Shown here piece by piece: positions 14,555-26,629 of a stretch of 64,000 nt of DNA. Every line of letters begins with the position of its first letter. The first letter of the stretch is position 1. Made by a program: the position numbers and the translations under genes. Origin of the DNA: Fimicolochytrium jonesii. Lineage: Eukaryota. The stretch covers positions 248,001-312,000 of the forward strand of contig NW_026515696.1 of assembly GCF_025526975.1 (NCBI RefSeq), given 5' to 3'. The notes below the pieces were generated by a model that saw only the letters and a program-made list of their open reading frames with translations, searched no databases and had not been told where the DNA came from.

Positions 14555-15161
14555 GTGAGCTGCGCCATCAATGGCCTCCAGTGCGTGGCTGAAAAGCCAG
14601 AAGAGAGCGATGGTCGACCCTTCCAGCACCCCTTAGGGCTGAACGCAAAGTTTCTTTTTGTTGACACTTTTGGGAGCAGTGTTCAGCTGGCTAGGTGGGC
14701 TTCTGAGCATCACATTGCCCCGGATGAGCTGCCGACGGAAATTTGGAATCGTTTTCGCCATAATGCCCATACCGATCCAGGCGAAAATGAGAGATTGCTA
14801 ACGGTTCAAGCCCTCGCGCGGGAGTGCCTTGATATCCTGGATGACCCACAATCGGTTCGTTCGCGATGTGGGCCATCCGGGTTTTCAGGCACACTTCTAG
14901 CTGCAGGCGACTGGGAGTCATATAGACTGGGAGTCATATAGCGACATGCACATTGTCCTGCGGGATCACGGTGATGCGCCGCGCCGTACCACTAGAATAT
15001 TAGACCCCTTGCGATTTACCGTCCCGACCCGAGCGGGATCTACAGTAGCACTCTGGATCCCCTGGTCTTGGAAAGAATGGGAAAGGATTTACGACGAGTT
15101 CTTTCCGCAGCCATCTCAGAAAGGGCGTGGTGATGAGGAATATCCGCAGAAGCGGACGTGA
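14555..15161 (+). pseudogene. Unknown ORF disrupted by a 16-bp tandem duplication
   Basis: gactgggagtcatata occurs twice (14909-14924, 14925-14940). Removing one copy fuses ORF 14555-14941 in frame with ORF 14946-15161 (..AAGDWESYSDMHIVLRDHG..). Confidence 0.4.
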
Positions 15162-15639
15162 ACAGATGCGGGCCACCTTCCTCCAAATCAAGGGGCAACG
15201 GCACTTTGTCGACAGAGATCACTTTCACTGCGTTTGAGCCATAGGTTACTTCGCGAGGTTGAAAGTTGAGACACTAAAGGTACGTATCACTCGGCCTTGC
15301 GGCATGCATGCGATGCCGCTGTAGCTCGCATATTGATAGCGACAGCTGATGTACGCAAAGGGCCTCTCCATTTCTCGTCAGGATAGCGCGCAGGTAGCCG
15401 CAATCGCGGATGGTGGGATTCATATATTTCGGCGGCTTCTGCCTCATCCGCCAGGTATGTGTCCTGTCGAAGATTCCGTGGGAGTCTAGTCTGTAACTCA
15501 ATTCTCTTGATTTCCTTTCTTCTAGCTCCTTCTTCGCATCAAGGAAGCGCGGGATGGCGTTCCCGTTTGTCATGCCAAGAAGGCCAGGGACGGGGAGCTT
15601 TTTGAAGCACGTGCGATCGGTGGCGAAGATACGGCTACT

Positions 15640-17750
15640 GCTCACGCGTGGTCGAAAGTGACTGACGAGCGAACGCTGCTGATGACAGAAATCCTGCAAG
15701 CGACTGAGGAAGAGGATGATGGAGAGCGAGAGGGTGAAGATGGGAGAGAAGAAGAAGAGGATGAGACCGTGGACGAAGATGAAGATGAGGACAAGACAGA
15801 GCGAGGCAACATGTCACCGTCCACAGCACTCAAGGCGACGACACCTCCGGCAACTTCAGAGGTAAATTGTGACAAATGAACTCGCAGTCTGGGTGCGGCT
15901 AGCCCTGTCATTGTTAGAAGGCAGAGATGTCGGAGACGTGGCACAAGCAGTAAAGGTGTACCAGTCGGCTAAGCTGGACGGCGGCTTTGAAGCGCTGCGG
16001 GTCCAGCACAGAACCGCGGTTTCTTGCTTCCCTTCACGTTGAAAGTGGGTTGGCGATCGCATCCGAATTCACCGGATGTCTTATCAGTCTTCCTACGTGC
16101 GCCCCTCTGCAGCTCAAGCCCGACATCCAGGCCGATTCAGCGCGGGTCTTGTCGATCGCTGTCCTCCGTGAACTGTTCCACGATATCAAAGAGTTCCAGT
16201 CGACAAAGGATGTCAGATTGAGACATACCAGTGCCCATCATCATTGTGATTTTCCTTATGTTTTTTGTTGTTTTCCAGTTGCACTTTGAAGGGGCGAACA
16301 TCTCCCGTTGGGTCCGCACCGCCCCGCATCACCTTTACACGCAATGTTGCAAAAAAGATAGTACCTGAATGGAAAGAAACCTGCATAAGCGACATTCTGT
16401 GAGGCATAACATGACAAACATCGATGCCATCATGTTTCTAATATTCGTTCTAGCCTCCTGAACAACATATGCCTGCTGTCGCCGAAGTACTCTCCATCTT
16501 TCGTGAGTAGCCCAACGGCCAGGGTGAAGATCATTGCTCTCTGGACGAAGGCGGTCGCAACCTTCCACGCCGAACGTATGACCGCTTCCCTCCCTCCAAT
16601 CGTTGCGCGCATCGTATTCTCATTCTGCAATGTAAGTGTTGACGTTAGAACACCTTGATGCCTTGACGAACTCATGCAAACCGGCTCCTAGGAGCTGCGA
16701 TCGTCCGATGTGGAGCAGAGTCTCCGAAAACATATGCAGAAGGCGCTCGCGGTTGGTGGTGGCGGTGATCCGGTCATTGTAAGTCACCGTACTCGGATGC
16801 GGCTGATCGACTCAGCGCACGCGAAGTTTGCTGACTGGTCCTCAGCTTCAAAGCCATGAAGAAGTCGATGCGCATGAATGAATTCCAGAGCGTGGACAAC
16901 GTCGCGGATGAGGACGCCGAGGTGCATGCGCTCCTACACGCTTTGATGGAAGAGATCTTCGATGAGGATGACCTCGTAATCCTTTGGTATGCACGAAGAT
17001 CTTCGCAGATGCCTGAATGGCATGTCCTCGTAATCTGAACACTGTTTGAGCGGGGTTGACACTTGTTTAGGGCAAATGGAGAGAGCAAGAGCTTCCGTGC
17101 CCATAGGCAGACTTACCGGCCGAACGCTCCACGCCGGACGGGCGCGTTCTCTCCGCCCACTTCGAAGAAGTGTTCTTGGAGACCAAGTCCTCGAAGCATG
17201 CAGATACGTCGGCGCCCGCTATTTACGACTCTTCAAGCTGGGACAATTCCTGCAAGGCGCCCTCAACGCGAAAGTAGCCCAAGGAGTGCGTAAGGAGTCG
17301 TCCTTTGGCATGCAACTACTACGTACGTATGCTGATTGGCGTGTTGTTGATGCGCGCTGAACCGTTGACTCACGGGATGCTTAGAAGAAACGCTGGAGAT
17401 CTATGAGATGACGTTGGAGCACGATGGAATCTCCACTATGTATCACCTGGCCTCTTGCTCGACTCCTCGTCGCCCTGGAGGACATGGGATTGGCGCCCCA
17501 CCTCATCGGTGCCGTGATGCATGTCAAGGTTCGTGTGCCCATGTTGAGGCGGACACATGCGAGCAATGTCGGCGGGTGCATGCATGAGGCGATGTTGGCT
17601 CACGCAACGATGATCCCGCAGGGTCGAATTCAGCAATCATTGCGCGAGCGGGCCCAGGACCAGTACGACTCTGACGACATGTCTCTGCACATTACGTCAA
17701 ACCCCGAGTCTCCTGCAGATATTAACGATGAAGGATTCCACAGACTGCCC
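15640..17750 (+). pseudogene. Frameshifted, intron-containing PD-(D/E)xK nuclease-fold gene (Crinkler/REase-type)
   Basis: Introns 16987-17070, 17323-17384 and 17529-17621 join LMEEIFDEDDLVILW-ANGESKS, PDGRVLSAHFEEVFLETK, DLFKLGQFLQGALN, SFGMQLL, LEIYEMTLEHDGISTMYHLASC and VMHVK-GRIQQSL. Several frameshifts and stops; acidic N-terminal exon about 15660-15861. Confidence 0.55.
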
Positions 17751-18340
17751 CGCTGCGCGTTGGGGATGACTCTCGCCAGGACTGAGGTTCCTTGGCCTTT
17801 TCCGGTCCAGTCCCTCCAGCAGACCCTTGTGCGAATCCCGAATTTGCTCCTGGGGTCCTATCGCTTGGGGCTGGGTTTCCAAGGCTTGGGTTTGGGCGTT
17901 CCACGCGTTCTTCTACGCATCGGCCAGTATCCTCTCCAGTTCGAGCCCTTCGGCCTGCGGGGGTGAAGACCGCATCGAACGAGAAGAGCAGAGACGGCCG
18001 TGAACGAGGATATCGAAGCTTGATGGTCCACGATGGGGATCCAGGGGCCTTGCTTTACACTCAATCGAACTTGGACGAAGCGACAGGCGCGCCGGCCACG
18101 ACAAAGTAGATTGAAAGATGAAGTAGCCAAGGAAATGAATACATGTGTAATCGCACGTGCGTTGTCCATAGAGTAGAATTGGATGACGCCATGACCCAAT
18201 GGAATGAAGATAGAAACGAAACAGTGATCAGTATTGCACAAAGGAATCAGGTCATGGAAGCCACCAAACCGAGGCGCCCAGAATGTTTAGCTAGGGAGAC
18301 TTATTCGTGGCGACAGGTGGCACGGGGACATACTTGGACG

Positions 18341-18648
18341 GATATGCCGGCGCCTGAAAGGTTTCCCACGCACTCTGTCTGGACCGGTACCGCTTGAAGA
18401 CCAAGCCATCCCGCCAGGAGACTCTGTCTTCTGATGTTACTCGGAAGGCATTATCCCCTCCCTTTTCGTGCCTCCTGATACAGCCACTTTCGTTCCGCCT
18501 ACTGATAGCGGCACTGCAGGAGGATAGACAGATATGCCGGCGCCTGAAAGGTTTCCCACGCACTCTGTCCGGACGGGTACCGCTTGAAGACCAAGCCATC
18601 CCGCCAGGAGACTCTGTCTTCCGAGACTACTCGGAAGGCATTATCCCC
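18341..18648. repeat. Direct repeat, 2 x 118 bp, 190-bp period
   Basis: gatatgccggcgcctgaaagg...ggcattatcccc at 18341-18458 and 18531-18648, with few mismatches. Confidence 0.9.
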
Positions 18649-19777
18649 CATCGCCATGGGCGATGCAACCCGCGAATCCCGGCAAGATGTTCAGGTTCAA
18701 GTTTCTTCTGAATTATGCTAACACGTACGTTTTAGCTGTTTGAACACGCGTCAGAACTCGCCCGACACCATCCCGCTTGTCGCCTTTCGCAAGCAGATCC
18801 GCCGCCTCTTTCTCGACCTCAACCAGATGAGACAAATAGTCGTCCCATGCAGCTTCGGGGGCTTCGGTCGGGAAGGGGATGGGCGGCCCGTTGCGAAGCG
18901 GCGGACACCGAATGTTAGCGGGATTGATCTATGAGCGCGTCCGGATGAGAGCGGCCGGACAGACATAGCGACGACAAACGGACGCGTTTAACGGGCCGAC
19001 ACTTCCGGGGCTCAAGCGGGGACCGCTTGCCCTGACGCACGTATATGTATGTACCTAGCGTTTGCTTTTGATTGCGTGGAGACGCGAGGTAGATTGGTCG
19101 ATGGATGTTCGACGAAAAGGGGACGGACGTTGGACCTCGGAAGTGATCCTTTCCCTCCTTTCGCCTGTGGAAAGACAACGGGTAAGCACGCAGGGCATAG
19201 GAAGTCTCACAAACGACATAACTTTGTTCTACGCCGAATCCGAGCGAAGCAGATACTCGGAGATTCGCTACTGCAGGTGAAGCGAACAGGCAATGCGCCT
19301 TCTCACACTTTTCTTCCAACAAATTTTAGATCATGATGGAATCCGTTCGCATCGTCAGTGTTCTTATTGTGCAGCGTGCATCAACAAGCACACGCAAATG
19401 GGAACAGTTGCGCTTCGCATGGATGTTGAAAATAATGGGGTGTGTTTGTGCTGAATGGAGACGGCAACTGACGAGCCCATCGTTGAAAACATAAGCGAAG
19501 GAGGTTTCATGCAAACGCATTTTTTTTTGGCTTTGCCGGGACTTGACAGCAGAGAGTTCAGGTTCAGGAAACCGAGATATGCTCCCAAAGGATCTATCCA
19601 TCAGTAACGTCGATCCATTACATGACATGCTTTGGTTGGCTCCCATGACCTTGACCTCGCCCCTGGTTCCTATAACCTCCCAACTCGGGCCCAGGGAAGC
19701 GATCGAAGGGGGCGAGAGCGTGCCACTTACGACTTTGGGAAGGGTCGAAAAAAAGCAAAAAACCTAAAAATATTTTG

Positions 19778-19849
19778 GGGGACAACCGGGGTTTGAACCC
19801 GGGACCTCTCGCACCCAAAGCGAGAATCGTACCACTAGACCATTGTCCG
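19778..19849 (-). tRNA. tRNA-Pro(TGG), with a C1:C72 mismatch as encoded
   Basis: Minus strand: CGGACAA TG GTCTAGTGGTACGATT CTCGC TTTGGGT GCGAG AGGTC CCGGG TTCAAAC CCCGG TTGTCCC C. T5 terminator at 19766-19770. Confidence 0.9.
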
Positions 19850-20230
19850 TTTTGATTCTGGGACTGCAGTTGGGAAATTGGAGCGCTCGAAATCATACCA
19901 CTAGACCATTGTCCGTTTTTGATTCTGGGACTGCAGTTGGGAAATTGGAGCGCTCGAAATCATACCACTAGACCATTGTCCGTTTTTGATTCTGGGACTG
20001 CAGTTGGGAAATTGGAGCGCTCGAAACCATACCACTAGACCATTGTCCGTTTTTGATTCTGGGACTGCAGTTGGGAAATTGGAGCGCTCGAAATCATACC
20101 ACTAGACCATTGTCCGTTTTTGATTCTGGGACTGCAGTTGGGAAATTGGAGCGCTCGAAATCATACCACTAGACCATTGTCCACTTTTGATTCTGGGACT
20201 GCAGTTGCGAAATTGGAGCGCTCGAAATCG
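19830..20230. repeat. Tandem array of 6 x 66-67 bp containing the tRNA-Pro 5' end plus upstream flank
   Basis: Units start at 19830, 19896, 19963, 20030, 20097, 20164. Consensus taccactagaccattgtccgtttttgattctgggactgcagttgggaaattggagcgctcgaaatca. Confidence 0.97.
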
Positions 20231-22465
20231 TGGCCCCGTTGAACTTCTTGCAGGCCCGGACTCAAATTGTGATAAGAGTGCATAACAATTTCTGCGACAA
20301 GCTGGACAAACATACCTTCCCAATCCGCCAAATCTGCTGGCGTGTTCAGAGTGAGGACAGAGCAATGGCTCGACCAGTGGGATTCTGAAATGGTTAGAGT
20401 GTTTTTGTGGCCTGAGATGTCCTACCTAAGTAAGGCGGAGTCGCGTGTACGTAATTCTCGCATACAGTACTTGTCGATTTGGACTCCGCCGGGGCTGATG
20501 GATAGCACGCTCGGCGGGAGGTGGCAATTGGCGAAAGCATGTCGTCAATTCGCTCGTGGTCCGCTAGGACTTTGGAACACATGATCAAGGACATCAACGA
20601 CAAAGCTCCGTAACTAGCGGTTCTAATTCTTGATAGGGCGAGAGAGGCAGCAGCTCCCATCAGAGTCGCATGAGGTGGCGCAAACGGTGCCACATCCGTG
20701 GGTAGTGTACATGTGGGTGGGTAGGGTAAACGGTCAGAATGGTGAAGAAAAGTGGTACGCACAGCGAGCTTATGTACGGTGTAAATGACTTTCAAGTGTC
20801 ATAATTTTGAAAAAGGTTTCATTCAATTGGATGTGGGTTGTTGACGCCAGTCTCAGGAGAAACATCGGGAAAACCGACTTGGAATGGACCCAATTTCTTC
20901 GCCAAAGTCTCGGCGCATCGGAACATGTACGGTGTAATGAGACGCAGATACCCGTACAAATAAGGAAAGAGGGGAAAGGCATCATTGGTTCGACACTTCC
21001 GCTGGCTTGGACATGCGCCGTGGGTCGATGAGTACGGCGTCGCATCAGCGACAGGCGTGGTGATCTTGCAAGAGGCTATCTTGCAGCGGGTAAGGCATCC
21101 TTCAAAAACATTTCCACGCGTACAACAGAGTCGCATGCTGATAGGTGAGTAAACACCAGTGTGAAAAGACATCCTTTGCAATGAAGCACATGCGAGAGAA
21201 CTATCATGGAAACGTACGGTCAGCAGACACGGCGATAGCAATGGGGTGGGTTCCTTGCAAATGATTGCAAGCGAGGATGGTCTGCGAATGTAAGATCGTA
21301 AACGGTGAGCAGCGCCGCCGGGTTGCGTCGTTGGTGAGGACACAAGGCACTGGAAGTGTCGACTGGAAAATTTGGAACAGTCAGATGTTGGAGATCAGTG
21401 ACTGTAGCGTCTTTTCTTACGGGCGAGTCTGTCCTACTTACGATATGGCGGAAAAGGCTTGGTGGTGCCGCAAATTTCGGTTTGGTACTCTTAACGGCGG
21501 ATGGCGCCTGCAGCATTCCGTAGCGGTGCTGCCTTGAGGGCCGTTCTCGGATGTTGGTGCAGTGTACGAATCATATGTAGATTGAGGAGGAATAAACCAA
21601 AGAAGGGAGGACAAAACAGAAAGGAAAACACGGAGTCAGTAAAATGTTCAGGCGGTAAAGATATTGTTCGGGGTTCGAATTGGCGGGAAGAGGCCCCCAC
21701 GTCTCTCAAATACTGCTTGACCAACCAAGAGAGCACGCCGTCCGCTCCTACACACTGTCGCTCAGCTCAGCTTTCGGGCTACGACCGGCGATTGCGACTG
21801 CGAGTTCGGTATGCTCGGCAAGCCCTGAAGCATAGATACCCCAGAGGCCGACCTCACAACTCCAAAGCGCAGTCGAGACTAATGAGAAGAGCAGGGTCGA
21901 GTCTTTTCCCCACCAGGAGTTTGGAGAACTCCTAGGTGAGGCTAGATGTCGTGATGGGCGTTATCTGGGCTACCCCACCATCCCCCGATATCGGAGGGGC
22001 CTAGGCTTCTAGTCTGGCAAGCAGAGAGAAGCAAAGGACCGAGAGCGCCTGCGTCCCCAGGCTTGACCCAGGCGCACATCCCACCTGTCCCTGTAGAACA
22101 CGCGCGAGCGCTATTTCGAGAGAGAATCATACTCACAGCTATGAAAAATTTGCGGTGAATGGGCAGCGGAGAATCGTGCGGTGCTGCGGTGTTTCGAGTT
22201 GGGGGCGGGTAGATCTATTAGATCTCTCTCTTACTGCGTAAGTTCGGTGGTCGGCGGAGCGCGCGCCTGTGTGTGGAACTTGAACTTGACGCGCGTCGCA
22301 CTAGGACTCCGACAACGCTTTTTCTTGCCACCGCAGTAATGCAAAAGTTCAGGCTGCCCACATTTATCATACTAGATATGGTAATAGTAGGACCATCATG
22401 ATACGGGCACATGGCGCTGCATTGCGACGTCGTGCTGGCCGCCTTCGAGTTCTCGACATTTATTA

Positions 22466-22586
22466 CAGTAGGTGGCCATAGATAGGTGGCCTTTACGACG
22501 GGGGCGCCTTTCCCTTACTAAGTAAAAGTGCCCCATCAATTTAGGAACCGCGCACTCGTCGTAACATTTGTTTTGGCCACCTACTG
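22466..22586. mobile_element. MITE, Tc1/mariner-type (121 bp)
   Basis: TA|CAGTAGGTGGCCA...TGGCCACCTACTG|TA: 13-bp perfect terminal inverted repeats, an inner TTACGACG/CGTCGTAA match, and a TA target-site duplication. Confidence 0.75.
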
Positions 22587-23777
22587 TAATTATTGGAACT
22601 CGCGAGTTACGGATGGGAAATTGATTGAGACGCGAGCTCCAGTCAAAAGCCCGTCAATGTCATTTTCCCGCGTATAAACTTATATGTATAATCCGCCTGT
22701 CACAATGCGGCCATGACGTCAAAAAATGGAAATAATTATTTTCCCCTGCAAAAGAATCTTCCACGGAACAACCGAATCCCGGACTTCAAGTTATCAGGAC
22801 ACCGCGCTCGTCAAATGCGCGCACAGGTGCCGATCTTTTGATTCCAACCATGTCAGACATGGTTTCACACTCGTTCGCGGCGGTGAGTTTCGTCCTTGGC
22901 GGACGATGCCATTGGCGTTGCTTCTTGCTTTTCGACCGTCGTGCGGGAGACTCATAACCAGCACAGCCCCATCAGCGGTTGGGGGTTCGAAGATCCCATC
23001 GATTATGCGCGTTTGGGGGGGGGGGGGGGGAGGGGGGACCTTCAGACATGTGCCACGGCAGGCCGCTGATCTCGGCATGCTAACTTCTAAGGCCACGCAG
23101 AATGCCGGTGAAGGGGGCGTCTGAAAAGCGTCTGCGGTGCGCTGCGCCTCTAAAGAGTTTAGTACCAGGGGGTGCAGGGAGAGAGTTGGAGTTGAGGAGT
23201 TTGTCCCCTCTTCGTCTCCTTCATCATGGATCTGGACAACGATGGGACAACGATGGGGACCTCCAGGCTCCAAATGCATCGCATTGAAAAATGAGCAAAG
23301 AGCACAGATGGCAATCCGCTCCATGTCATCGAGTCATCGAGTAACGACGACCGGTGAGACCCGGCTTGATGATAGTAGTAGGAATAAGTAGCGATAAGTT
23401 GTTAAGGTTGTGGATGTATCTATGGGATCTGATGGGATGTTCAGTCGTTCAACGCGTCGTTTTCCGCCAAACCCACACCGCCTCAATACTATGGGGTTAC
23501 TCAGCCAGCGGCCCATAACAACGTCCACGCCCTCAACTCCAACTTCAACCTTGTCAACCTTATCAACCCAAAGAGTCCGAGTCCCAGTCCCCACGTCCGA
23601 CACCTGACCTTCAACGTCGCATCTCGTTGCAGTTCACATCTCCCGTCGTCGCCGAAGCCCAGCAATATAGGGACTCCTCTCACACCATTCAAGTTATCTG
23701 TTCAAAACCCTTAGAAATAAACAGCCAGACGCGGAAGCGTGAGAAAAACCGAACGCCACAATCACCTTCCCACCGCC

Positions 23778-25568
23778 ATGCACTTCGTCGCAACGACCGC
23801 CTTGGCAGCAGCATGCCTCACCGCCGGTGTCGCTGCCCAAGCGCAGCTAGCTCCGCTTGAACCGTCAAGGGGAATCATGTTGGGCGCTTGGATGGACACG
23901 GCGCCTGGAATGGATACGCCAAAGGACTTCAATACCCGGTTTGGCCACAATATTGTGAGTATCGAGGAGTGATGCGAACACGTGTGAAAATGTGGGGTCA
24001 GGGTGACGATGGTGTGTGGGATTGATAGCGGGCGCTGTCGATAACGTGCGTCGTAGGTGGATGCATGCTGGAGGGATAGCGCCGTCAGCCCGAGTAGTCG
24101 GAGAACGGCGAGCGACAGGGAGGCTCTCACAGGAACGAAGCGAGCATCCGCGGTTTCTGGCGCGGATGAGAACGCAATCGTGCCTTCGGCGGGAGAAACT
24201 CCCGCCCATTTCTCGCCCAACTTGTCATTCCTTGGTCGATTCATCATTATATCCACCTGGCACAATATTTCCATTTTACTTACTCAAGCCTCCCTTTTCC
24301 CTTTTCCCTTGTTCCAGTCGATGATCCACCTGGCGCAGAACCTCCCCATCGAGCAGGACAAACTCGCCCCTGTGCAGCTCATCGACCAAACAGGCACCAA
24401 CGCGATCCTCTATTTATCCGTCTACCCCACCGTCACACCCGACAACCTGTCGGACAAGGCCATCAATGACTTTGTTCAGCAGCTGGCAACCTTCACCCAC
24501 AACGGCCGCGGTATCCTGCTGCGTATCGCACCCGAGATGAACGGCAACTGGCAGCCGTACGGCCAAAAACCCGTCGCGTTCGTCGCAATGTGGAGGAAAC
24601 TAGTCACCGCCATCCGAGCCGTCGACACAAACAAGAACGGAGTTTCCTTCATCTGGGCTCCCAACATCCAAGGTGGATACCCATACGGCAGAGTCGCCGG
24701 TGCTGCCACCGACCCCGAGTTTGCAGCGATGGATACCAACAAGGATGGCACGATCACCGTCGAGGACGACGGGTACACGCCCTTCTACCCTGGCGATGAA
24801 TACGTCGACTGGGTCGGACTGTCGACCTACTGGTTCGGTCCTGGTTTCCCATACGTCATCAACGACATCCCCCCGCCTGGGTTCATGGAGAGGGTGATCC
24901 ACGGCGTGTCAGCAGGAGGCAATGGTTTGGATTTCTACCAGGCGTTTTCCCAGTCGCGCAACAAGCCGTTCTTCATCACCGAGTCGGGATCTGCGTTCCA
25001 TCTGAACAGGATCACGAGTGTTGCGAACCCTACCAACACTGGCTCGATCGCACCTGGCCCTGGAGAGCTCGCCATCAAGCAGGCGTTCTGGAGACAGGTA
25101 TGCAGATCGTAGATCGTCTCTGTCTTTTTCTGTCTGGTTCGAACGCACCTCTCACAACCTCTCCTCCCGCAATCTTCACAGTACCTAACAAACACAACCT
25201 TCTTGGACAAACACCCCCTTCTCAAAGCGGTCTCCCTCTTCGAATGGCTCAAACCCGAAGAAACAACCATGCGCGAGTTCCACATCTCCAAGGACCCGGC
25301 AATTCTCGCCGCCCTCAAAGCCGACCTCGAGAAACCGGAAGTCCTGGCCCGATATTTCTTCGCTAACGCCGCCCAGATTGTCACTGACCCGACTGCGCCG
25401 GTTGTGCCCATTGCGAGTAACGGGAGTGTGGCGAGTGGAGGCGCGGGAAATGCGCCGCCGGCGGGGAATGCGGGGAGTGGAGGCTCGAACAGCGCTGCGG
25501 GTGTTGTGGAACGGAGCGCTTTGGTGGGGCTTGTAGCTGCCATTGCTGCTGTCGTTCTCGCTTTCTAG
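23778..25568 (+). CDS. Secreted, probably GPI-anchored glycoside hydrolase family 26; 3 exons
   Basis: Exons 23778-23954, 24318-25097, 25182-25568. Signal peptide MHFVATTALAAACLTAGVAA; LRIAPEMNGNW (acid/base), FIWAPN, YPGDEYVDWVGLSTY, KPFFITESG (nucleophile); G/S/A linker and hydrophobic C-terminal tail. Confidence 0.9.
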
Positions 25569-26629
25569 GCCTTTTTGGAACTCGAAAACTCACCTCCTCA
25601 TTTCGTTTTGGACTCGACGCTACGTGCGGCGTTTCCACCCTTTAATGTCACCCCATCGGCGGAAACAGAAGGCGTAACTGTACCTACCCTTACCCCTTAC
25701 CTCTCGCTTTCGACCGATGGGGCTTCTTCATATCTTACCTGTTTTCTTAGTTCGTCGTACGGCGTGTGTATAGAAGACGTTGTTGCTTTTTGTGTAGACG
25801 TGTGTTCTGCTTGTAGAATAATATGATTTTGTCTATGAGAGTCGTATTGCTCTGTTCGGAGATGGTCCGGGAGTTTTGATTGGCGTCGAACGTCAACGCT
25901 TTGATGTGTTTTGCGGAAGGGGGTTCGTTGGAAGGGAAGACGCGTCGGTTTCACACCCTTCCCAATCTTTTGCCACACACAGCACATCCCAGAGCACATC
26001 CCGCATAAAAGACAAAGACAAGGTGCAACGAAAGGACCAGAGACACTAGAGTCGTGAGGTGCGCGTACGAAGACTTTCGAAACAGGCCAAGTATGTTTGA
26101 ATCATGGACGGACGAAAACCGTGGTTCCAAACTGCAAGAGATCCCGCGTTTGGAGGCCGCGGCTGATGCATGGACGGTTTACGAGGCCGGCACGGACGGT
26201 GACGGCACTGTTGCAGCGATGGCGGCTGTTAAACCGCTCAAACTTGGGCGAGGCATTGAGGCTGGCACGGGTCTGAAAGAGGAATGTAATCGGTAAGGGT
26301 GTAGTAGCTCTTCGGGGGAGGAATCGGCACGACAGGACAACCGACGAGTCATACGACGGGTTCACGTTCCATGCTATGGCTAATGCGGCCCGTGTGGGTG
26401 CACAGCGGCTGGCCATTGTTCTTGCCTATCTCGTGAGAGAACCGTGTTAGAGATGGTTCTGACGCTGTGTGCCGATTATAGCGGAGGGGACATGCTTGTA
26501 CGCCGTTGGCTTCATGAACAGGAAGTGGTGCTAGTATGAATGCTACAACCACACCGATATTCCTGCAGATGTAGCGACGATGGAGACATGGGCCGCATCC
26601 CATCAGCGAAGTCCTCGACTCGCCGGGGT

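Noticed and set aside
19830..20230. CRISPR array
   Set aside because: Units are near-identical with no unique spacers, the repeat derives from a tRNA gene, the context is eukaryotic and there are no cas genes.
20240..22400. Short ORFs downstream of the tRNA array
   Set aside because: No motifs, consistent splice pattern or codon skew.
23014..23038. G-run (also C-runs at 41944-41960 and about 58967-58988) as G-quadruplex elements
   Set aside because: Simple homopolymers of unreliable length with no other support.
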